From an uncultured Verrucomicrobiae bacterium (GTDB lineage Bacteria > Verrucomicrobiota > Verrucomicrobiia > Chthoniobacterales > JAFAMB01), in contig CAWIPH010000002.1 in the NCBI GenBank assembly GCA_963837955.1, positions 2,720,001-2,784,000 on the forward strand: a stretch of DNA of 64,000 nt. Direction: 5' to 3'. Every line of letters begins with the position of its first letter. Position 1 is the first letter of the stretch. Below the pieces are notes generated by a model. That model had not been told where the DNA came from. It was given only the letters and a program-made list of their open reading frames with translations, and searched no databases. The position numbers were made by a program, and so were the translations under genes. This document shows positions 56,862 through 64,000 of the stretch, piece after piece.

Positions 56862-58712
56862 ATGCGTTCCGCAGATGAACCTTCCGATAATCGAACTCCC
56901 CACATCCCGCTGCGCGACTTCTTCCGCAATCCTGAGACGACGGCATATCAGATTTCTCCCGGCGGCCAATCAATCGCCTTTTTGCGTCCCTACGAGAATC
57001 GGTTGAATATCTGGGTTCAATCGGTCAAAGGCGGAGAAGCGCGCCGCGTCACAGCGGTCACCGAGCGAGATATTACATCCTACTTCTGGAAAACGGACAG
57101 GCACATCCTCTTTTTTCAAGACAGTGGAGGGGACGAAAACTACCATGTCTTTTCGGCCGATCCGGACGGCGAGCATATTCGCGATCTCACCCCCTTCCCG
57201 GGGGTACAAGTCAGACTAGTGGATGATCTACACGATCATCCAAGCGACATCATCATCGCCCTGAACCAACGAAACAAAGAGATCTTCGACGCTTATCGGC
57301 TAAACGTAGAAACCGGTGAAATTGCCTCCGTCGCCGAAAATCCGGGCACGATCGAACATTGGGTGACCGATCACGATGGAAATATTCGCGCCGCCACCAC
57401 GACTGACGGAGTAAACGCCAGCTTACTTTACCGAAGTTCAGATGAACAGCCGTGGAAAACAGTTCTGACTACGAGCTTTCGCGAGTCGTTCAATCCGCAA
57501 TTTTTTACTTTCGATAACCGGAGACTTTACGGCGTCTCGAATCTCGGCAGAGATAAGTTAGCCGCGATCGAGCTAGACCTGGAGACTGCTCAAGAGGTTC
57601 AAGTACTGGCCGAAAACCCGCAGGTAGACATTTCGGGGCTGAACTACTCCAGAAAACGCAAAGTGTTAACAAGCGCCGCTTACACTTCTTGGAAAACGGA
57701 GCGACTTTTTTTCGATAAAGAGACCGAGGCGCTCTACCAAGAACTCGAACGAAGGCTTCCCGGATACGAAGTAGCCATCACATCAGCCAACGACGATGAA
57801 ACCATCTTCGTTGTTCGCACTTTTAACGATCGGTCGCTGGGAGCTTTCTATCTTTATGATTCTGTGGCCCAAGAGCTAAAGAAGCTCGCGGATCGGGCTC
57901 CTTGGCTGCCGGAAGACCAGCTTTCTGAAATGAAACCGATCGAGTACCGGGCTCGAGACGGATTGACGATTCACGGATACCTGACCCTTCCGAGAGGTCG
58001 CGATCCAAAATCTTTGCCCGTAGTCGTTAATCCCCACGGAGGACCGTGGCACCGCGATAGCTGGACATTCATTCCGGAGGTCCAGTTTCTGGCCAACCGT
58101 GGGTACGCGGTGATGCAAGTGAATTTCCGCGGCTCGACCGGCTACGGGCGTAAGTTTTGGGAGGCCGGGTTCAAAGAGTGGGGAGGCAAGATGCAGGACG
58201 ACATAACCGACGGCGTTGATTGGTTAATCCAACAAGGTCTTGCAGACCCAGAGCGTGTGGCTATTTACGGCGCAAGCTACGGCGGATACGCTGTTCTGGA
58301 AGGTCTCGTCAAAACGCCCGATCTCTATGCCGCCGGCGTAGATTATGTGGGCGTTTCTAATCTATTCACGTTTTTCAAGACGGTACCCCCCTATTGGATC
58401 CCGTACCTTGAGATGATGTATGAGATGGTAGGCGATCCGGAGAAAGACAAAGACTGGTTCCAGCAACATTCTCCGGCTTTGAACGCCGAAAAGATCCGCA
58501 AACCCCTTTTGGTAGCTCAGGGAGCGAAAGATCCTCGCGTGAACATCAATGAATCCAACCAAATCGTCGAAGCGCTCAAGCAACGAGGAGTCGATGTAGA
58601 GTACATGGTTAAAGAAAATGAAGGACACGGTTTTCAAAACGAAGAAAACCGGTTCGCCTTCTATGAAGCGATGGAATCCTTTCTAGAAAAGCATTTAAAG
58701 CACACGAAATAA
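56862..58712 (+). CDS. S9 family (dipeptidyl/acylaminoacyl) peptidase, no clear signal peptide
   Basis: HGGPW, GASYGGY, DPRV and EGHGF. Start placed at MRSAD. Confidence 0.9.
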   Translation: MRSADEPSDNRTPHIPLRDFFRNPETTAYQISPGGQSIAFLRPYENRLNIWVQSVKGGEARRVTAVTERDITSYFWKTDRHILFFQDSGGDENYHVFSADPDGEHIRDLTPFPGVQVRLVDDLHDHPSDIIIALNQRNKEIFDAYRLNVETGEIASVAENPGTIEHWVTDHDGNIRAATTTDGVNASLLYRSSDEQPWKTVLTTSFRESFNPQFFTFDNRRLYGVSNLGRDKLAAIELDLETAQEVQVLAENPQVDISGLNYSRKRKVLTSAAYTSWKTERLFFDKETEALYQELERRLPGYEVAITSANDDETIFVVRTFNDRSLGAFYLYDSVAQELKKLADRAPWLPEDQLSEMKPIEYRARDGLTIHGYLTLPRGRDPKSLPVVVNPHGGPWHRDSWTFIPEVQFLANRGYAVMQVNFRGSTGYGRKFWEAGFKEWGGKMQDDITDGVDWLIQQGLADPERVAIYGASYGGYAVLEGLVKTPDLYAAGVDYVGVSNLFTFFKTVPPYWIPYLEMMYEMVGDPEKDKDWFQQHSPALNAEKIRKPLLVAQGAKDPRVNINESNQIVEALKQRGVDVEYMVKENEGHGFQNEENRFAFYEAMESFLEKHLKHTK

Positions 58713-60637
58713 TGAAATCCTTTTTTTTCGTCCTAACCTCTCTTCTGTTTTCATTGGCGTGCGCTCGAGCCGAAAATGAAGTTCCGCCGCAACTCCCTCT
58801 GCAGGATTTCTTTCGCAATCCGCAGGCAGCCGGCTTTTCGATTTCGCCCAACGGCAAATACCTTGCTCTCCTGGAACCCTGGAGCAACCGGCTCAATGTG
58901 TGGGTTGAGCCCGTTGAAGGTGGCGAGCCCCAGCGCGTGACTTCAGTCACTGACCGCGACATCAGCGGAGTGAGCTGGAAAGGAAATGACGTCATCCTGT
59001 ACGCGAGGGATAACGGAGGCGACGAAAATTTTCACCTGTACGCTGTCGGACGAGATGGCAAGAATGAACGGGATCTGACCCCTTTTGCGGGAGTGAGGGT
59101 TACGCTCGTCGACGATCTTGACGACAATCCATCCGACGTAATCATTCAGACCAACCAGCGAGACAAACAGGTCTTTGACGCTTACCGCCTGAACGTAGTG
59201 ACCGGCAAGATTAGTCTGGTTGCCCAGAATCCTGGTAATATCCAGCAGTGGATCACCGACTGGAATGGAAAGATTCGCGCCGCTACCACAACCGATGGCG
59301 TCAATACGAGCTTGCTCTATCGCAAGACCGAGCAGTCCCCTTGGAAGACGGTATTGACCACAAATTTCAAAGAGAGTTTTGATCCAGAATTTTTCTCATT
59401 CGATAACCGGCATCTATACGGTATTTCCAACATCGGAAGAGATAAATCGGCTGCAGTCGAATTCGATCCCGAAACCGCGAAAGAGGTTCGGGTAATTTAT
59501 CAGAATGCTGACGTCGACGTTGGCCGCCTCTCCTACTCGCGCAAGCGGAAAGTGCTTACCTTGGCAACCTACAAGACCTGGAAACAACAAATTGTGTTTT
59601 TCGATCCCGCTACCGAGGAGGCTTACAAGTTTCTTGAGCAACAGCTCCCAGGCTTCGATGTCGCCAGGGTCGGAAGCGACAAAGAGGAAAACAAGTTTGT
59701 CGTGGTCTTAACCGGAGATCGAACGCTGGGATCTTACTATCTGTACGACGTGAAATCGCGGAACCTGCGAAAGCTGGCCGACCTTGGTCCTTGGTTGCGA
59801 TCGGATCAGTTGGCCGAGATGAAACCGATCGATTACCAATCGCGCGATGGCCTCACGATTCACGGTTATCTCACACTGCCGAAGGGGCGCGATCCAAAAA
59901 ATTTGCCGGTAGTGATTAATCCACATGGCGGACCTTGGGCGCGCGACGACTGGGAATTTAACCCCGAAGTGCAATTCCTGGCGAATCGTGGCTATGCGGT
60001 TTTGCAGATGAACTTTCGGGGTTCGACCGGCTACGGAAGAAAGTTTTTCGAAGCCAGCTTCAAACAGTGGGGTGGCACGATGCAGGACGACATTACGGAT
60101 GGAGTGAACTGGATTATTCAGCAGGGGATCGCCGATCCGAAGCGCATAGCGATCTATGGCGGAAGCTACGGCGGCTATGCCGTGCTCGAAGGTTTAGTTA
60201 AGACGCCCGATCTATACGCCGCTGGTGTTGATTATGTTGGGGTCTCAAATCTTTTTACTTTTCTCAACACGATTCCGCCATACTGGAAACCGGAATTGGA
60301 CATGATGCACGAAATGGTGGGCGATCCCGTCAAAGATAAAGAGTGGTTCCAGGAGCATTCACCGGCATTGAACGCTGACAAAATCAGAACTCCTCTCTTC
60401 GTCGCCCAAGGTGAAAAAGATCCGCGGGTAAATATCAATGAGTCGAACCAGATTGTTGATGCATTGAGGAAGCGAGATGTCGCGGTCGAATACATGGTCA
60501 AGCCCAATGAAGGCCACGGATTCCGCAACGAAGAGAATCGATTCGATTTCTATGGTGCAATGGAAAAATTCTTGGCTGAGCATCTCAGTCCTGCCACACC
60601 CAAGCCCTCGGAAAAACAACAACAAGCGGCGCGCTAA
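58712..60637 (+). CDS. S9 family peptidase with signal peptide
   Basis: [20 protein letters not shown] leader; GGSYGGY, DPRV and EGHGF. Confidence 0.92.
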   Translation: MKSFFFVLTSLLFSLACARAENEVPPQLPLQDFFRNPQAAGFSISPNGKYLALLEPWSNRLNVWVEPVEGGEPQRVTSVTDRDISGVSWKGNDVILYARDNGGDENFHLYAVGRDGKNERDLTPFAGVRVTLVDDLDDNPSDVIIQTNQRDKQVFDAYRLNVVTGKISLVAQNPGNIQQWITDWNGKIRAATTTDGVNTSLLYRKTEQSPWKTVLTTNFKESFDPEFFSFDNRHLYGISNIGRDKSAAVEFDPETAKEVRVIYQNADVDVGRLSYSRKRKVLTLATYKTWKQQIVFFDPATEEAYKFLEQQLPGFDVARVGSDKEENKFVVVLTGDRTLGSYYLYDVKSRNLRKLADLGPWLRSDQLAEMKPIDYQSRDGLTIHGYLTLPKGRDPKNLPVVINPHGGPWARDDWEFNPEVQFLANRGYAVLQMNFRGSTGYGRKFFEASFKQWGGTMQDDITDGVNWIIQQGIADPKRIAIYGGSYGGYAVLEGLVKTPDLYAAGVDYVGVSNLFTFLNTIPPYWKPELDMMHEMVGDPVKDKEWFQEHSPALNADKIRTPLFVAQGEKDPRVNINESNQIVDALRKRDVAVEYMVKPNEGHGFRNEENRFDFYGAMEKFLAEHLSPATPKPSEKQQQAAR

Positions 60638-60649
60638 GGATGCGGAGCC

Positions 60650-60690
60650 GGTGATTGTGATTAGTGATTGGTGATCGGTATTAGCGGTGA
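60650..60690. repeat. Family C heptamer run (GTGATTR)
   Basis: gtgatt gtgatta gtgattg gtgatcg gtattag. Confidence 0.7.
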
Positions 60691-60706
60691 GTTGAGACAC
60701 GCCCAA

Positions 60707-60905
60707 GATCGGTAGGGCGAAAGCCTGATACCGTCTCAGCGGCATCGGCTTGAGCTGTGCGTGGATCAATCTGTGGTCCCCTTTTCGGTTGCGCGGCCGC
60801 CGGGGTCTTCTGGGCACGGGACACGCGCGGGGGTTCACCACAACGGCTCAAGCCGACGCGGCTGATACCGCCTCAGGCTTTCGCCCTACCGATCCCCTAC
60901 CGATC
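60707..60905. repeat. REPIN-like element, family E copy 1
   Basis: 52-bp inverted arms GATCGGTAGGGCGAAAGCCTGA... (45/52 matching), plus an 11-bp duplication ccctaccgatc. Confidence 0.88.
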
Positions 60906-62079
60906 ACCGCCGCCGCGGATTGAATACGCAAATCCCGGCCACGAGGATCCCAACGCCGGCTAAAGCGACCGGGAGCGTAAACCGCTGGGCGAAGATCCCA
61001 ACCAATGGTGGGCCGATCAAAAAGCCAAGATAACCGGTCGCAAAGACCGAAGAGGTCGCACGCCCAATCGCTCCCGGGATTCGCAGGGCCGCTAATGAGA
61101 ACAAGACCGGGACGACGTTCGACATACCAAGACCCGCCAATCCGAATCCGAAAATCGATAAGGCCGGGGTGTGCGCCCATGCCGCAACCAAGAATCCGAT
61201 TGCCCCGAGGAGAGCGCCGGTGCTTATCGTGCGTTCTCTCCCGATCCACGCTACGATTCTGTCTCCAATGAATCTTCCGCTAGCCATACAGATAGCGAAC
61301 GCATTGAAACCAAGACCGGACAATGCGTACGGCGTCCCCAAATCATCACGCAAATGCACTCCAGCCCAGTCGGCAACTGCACCCTCCGACAGCATGGCAA
61401 TCAGACAGAGCAAAGCAAAGATTAAGATTTCTCTGGTCGGCAGCGCAAAAATGGGGCCAGGTTCGGCGACTGTCCGAAGCAGGCTGGGGGCGATCCGGAT
61501 CATTCCTCCGATGATCAAAAGACACAAGATTGCGAGATGCCAGGCCGATAATCGATGATCGAGCAAGAAGAGGCTGCCCAGCAGAGAGCCGCACCACCCG
61601 CCCAAACTCCAAGTTGCGTGGAACGACGACATGACCGGCCGACCAGCCAACGCTTCAAAATGCGCGGCCTGGTTATTCATGGTCACGTCCATCAAGCCGT
61701 TGCAACCGCCTAAGAAGGCCAGCGATATCGTAAGAAGTAGAAGATTCGGAGCGCAGACCGGGGCCAGCAACGATAACGCGAAGCATAAGGTCGAAATGGT
61801 CAGAACCCGAAGGCTTCCGAATTTCCCCATTAACCAACCACTAAGCCACATCGTTAGTAAGGACCCGAGGCCAGTCCCGAGCAGCGCTAGACCCAACTGC
61901 TGTTCGTCCAAACCAAGATTCCCTTTTACAGAGGGTATATGGATGAACCAGCTCGCTAGACCAAATCCGTTCAGAAAGAACACCATCGAAATGGCAATCC
62001 GATTTCGAGCACTCTGACCGCGCGGTCGAGGTTGTTCGCGAACCTGTTCTATCCCTGCCCTACTATCTCCCGGCTCCAT
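60904..62079 (-). CDS. MFS transporter (YbjJ-like)
   Basis: 12-TM pattern; DVTMN, MSSFHA.WSLG, EGAVADW and GFLIGPP. Confidence 0.88.
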   Translation of the reverse strand: MEPGDSRAGIEQVREQPRPRGQSARNRIAISMVFFLNGFGLASWFIHIPSVKGNLGLDEQQLGLALLGTGLGSLLTMWLSGWLMGKFGSLRVLTISTLCFALSLLAPVCAPNLLLLTISLAFLGGCNGLMDVTMNNQAAHFEALAGRPVMSSFHATWSLGGWCGSLLGSLFLLDHRLSAWHLAILCLLIIGGMIRIAPSLLRTVAEPGPIFALPTREILIFALLCLIAMLSEGAVADWAGVHLRDDLGTPYALSGLGFNAFAICMASGRFIGDRIVAWIGRERTISTGALLGAIGFLVAAWAHTPALSIFGFGLAGLGMSNVVPVLFSLAALRIPGAIGRATSSVFATGYLGFLIGPPLVGIFAQRFTLPVALAGVGILVAGICVFNPRRR

Positions 62080-62274
62080 ATTCTCTCGGGTTCCTCACTA
62101 GCGACCCTAGGTCGCAGAATACGGTTGCGCTCGTCGCGCGATATTCCCGAAACGTTAGCCCGGCGCATTCAATCGAGCCAAACCGCAAAGTGCGGTCGCC
62201 ATTCGTCGGGGAGGGAAGGCAGCCTCTCTTCCAGGTTAGACCTTGATAGGAAGTCGATCCAATTTCGCCCGGCT

Positions 62275-63039
62275 TCATTCAACGAATACTCCGTAGCGTC
62301 GCAGAAGATTGAGTTCGCTCGTCCCAACTCCCGATTCGACAATCGCACGAGTAAGAATTCCAATGGAACCGACCACATACGGAGCAGCTTTGTTGAATTT
62401 GGTGGCCGTCAGTAGCCCAACGACTTCGCCAGCACACCGGACGAATGTCTGTTTCATCTCCAGCTCCTCTACGGACCAAGTCGAAATGCCCACGTCAGCA
62501 TGGAGAGCACAAACGCCCAGAAAACAGAGATCAGCTCGAAAATCTTCGAGCTCCTTGGTTGCGCGCAGCCCGACCGTCATCGATTCGCGGCGATGCAGCC
62601 GTCCGCCCAGCACAATCACCTCCACTTCAGGTAACTCCGCCAGCGCGACAGCGATCGGGAGACACGGCGTTACTGCGGTAAAGCAAAGGTCGGGAGTCAG
62701 TGATTTTACGATTTCTAAGTTGGTGCTTCCGGAATCGAACAACACCACGCTCCCGGCACGAACGAGTGAGGCTCCGCGTCTTCCCAACTCTTGCTTGGCG
62801 CCAGGCTCTTCTTCCGTTCTTTGTTTGAGCGGTCCGGGTGCTTTAGCCGCGGGCAGCGCGCCGCCATGCACACGCCGGATGGAACCAGTCGATGCAAGAT
62901 GATCCAGGTCGCGACGAATGGTGTCGATCGAAACCTCAAGCCGCCGAGCCAGATCAAATGCAACGACTTTTCCTTCGCTCTGAAGCAAATCAAGAATCTG
63001 GTCACGGCGCTCTACCGGGAACAGTTCCGCATTGATCAT
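62275..63039 (-). CDS. DeoR/GlpR family transcriptional regulator
   Basis: VSIDTIRRDL HTH, RRVHGGA and FDSGST. Confidence 0.92.
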   Translation of the reverse strand: MINAELFPVERRDQILDLLQSEGKVVAFDLARRLEVSIDTIRRDLDHLASTGSIRRVHGGALPAAKAPGPLKQRTEEEPGAKQELGRRGASLVRAGSVVLFDSGSTNLEIVKSLTPDLCFTAVTPCLPIAVALAELPEVEVIVLGGRLHRRESMTVGLRATKELEDFRADLCFLGVCALHADVGISTWSVEELEMKQTFVRCAGEVVGLLTATKFNKAAPYVVGSIGILTRAIVESGVGTSELNLLRRYGVFVE

Positions 63040-63160
63040 GGCTGATTCTTTGCTGTAAGCCGACGCGTTTGTCTACCGTTTTCCGCAGTTTTATTCCGTT
63101 TTATGCGACTAATTGCGTTATTTCGCGTGGATTGCCGCGCAGCGGACTGTAAGACAACCT

Positions 63161-63329
63161 GATCGGTAGGGCGAAAGCTTCGGCGCGCCGGAAATGTTAT
63201 GATGTCTGTTGCGTCATCAGCGCCGGGCTTGAGCCGGGTCCGGATCGGGGAAGCGTCACACGTTGGGTAGAACACGCACGGCTCAAGCCGATCCCGCTGA
63301 GACGGTATCAGGCTTTCGCCCTACCGATC
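63161..63329. repeat. REPIN-like element, family E copy 2
   Basis: GATCGGTAGGGCGAAAGC left arm; the right arm is a near-exact reverse complement of 60707-60763. Confidence 0.88.
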
Positions 63330-63999
63330 ATTTCTTCGCCAAAAGCTCGGCTATCTGCACGGCATTCAATGCGGCTCCTTTGAGGAGTTGGTCTCCGCAG
63401 ACCCAAAATGCCAGGCCGTTGTCCAATGCGGTGTCAATTCGTATCCGTCCGACTTCGCACGCATCCCTGCCTGCCGAGTTCAGCGGCATCGGATATCGCT
63501 GATTTCCCGGATCATCGACCAATTCAAGTCCGGGAGCCTTGGCCAAGACGTCACGGGCGCGATCCACAGAAACTGGTTCAACAAATTCGGCGTTGATCGC
63601 TACCGCGTGAGCTCGAAAGACCGGTACTCGTACGCAGGTAATTGACGCACGCAAGGTAGGGTGATGCATGATCTTGCGGCACTCATTTAAAAACTTCTGT
63701 TCCTCTTTCGTGTATCCCGAATCCAAGAACTGGTCGACCTGTGGGAGGACGTTGAAAGCAATTTGGTGGGGAAAAACATCCGCTTTGATTTTTTCACCGC
63801 TCACATGAGCTCTTGTTTGAAGATCTAGCTCGTCGATGGCCCGCGCGCCGGCGCCGGAAACAGCCTGATAACTCGCGGCGATCACGCGCTTAGCTCGAAA
63901 CACCTTGTGCAAAGGATAAAGTGCCATGAGCGCGATGAGGGCCGTACAATTAGGATTCGCAATAATTCCGCGATGTCGAACCGCATCTTGGGGATTGAT
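63328..63999 (-). CDS. asd: Aspartate-semialdehyde dehydrogenase; 5'-partial
   Basis: IANPNCT catalytic Cys, YQAVSGAG, GYTKEE, CVRVPV and DQLLKGAALNAVQIAE. Confidence 0.95.
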   Translation of the reverse strand: MNPQDAVRHRGIIANPNCTALIALMALYPLHKVFRAKRVIAASYQAVSGAGARAIDELDLQTRAHVSGEKIKADVFPHQIAFNVLPQVDQFLDSGYTKEEQKFLNECRKIMHHPTLRASITCVRVPVFRAHAVAINAEFVEPVSVDRARDVLAKAPGLELVDDPGNQRYPMPLNSAGRDACEVGRIRIDTALDNGLAFWVCGDQLLKGAALNAVQIAELLAKK

Positions 64000-64000
64000 C

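Overview
Gene-dense bacterial chromosomal window, probably Verrucomicrobiota/PVC superphylum. This is inferred from the DUF5069 paralogs, a Chlamydia-like class Ic NrdB and the T2SS layout. No rRNA, tRNA, CRISPR array or transposase was recognised. Left part: a partial transglutaminase/DUF2126 gene, a pntAA-pntAB-pntB-korA-korB-DUF5069 run, and two MOSC plus FdhF/YdeP molybdoenzyme modules (one with an OFA transporter, one with fdhD and nearby mobA). Middle: a type II secretion cluster gspG-H-I-J-K-L-M-(C-like)-D lacking gspE/F, queE-queD, ggt, tandem crcB plus DUF190, trpA, ychF, and an active plus catalytically dead Deg protease pair. Right part: a phosphorelay locus whose kinase-like proteins lack a working ATPase domain, next to a sigma54 activator; nrdB(Ic)-nrdA-dcd under a cobalamin riboswitch and NrdR boxes; fabG; a permease pair; an HDAC-family protein; tandem S9 peptidases; deoR-MFS; and partial asd. 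Many intergenic gaps hold REP/REPIN-like palindromes and 7- or 9-bp tandem-repeat hairpins. Several start exactly at stop codons, one lies inside the GspJ leader peptide, and one pair brackets deoR-MFS. Product calls come from motif recognition only, with no database searches. Some start codons were refined by eye.
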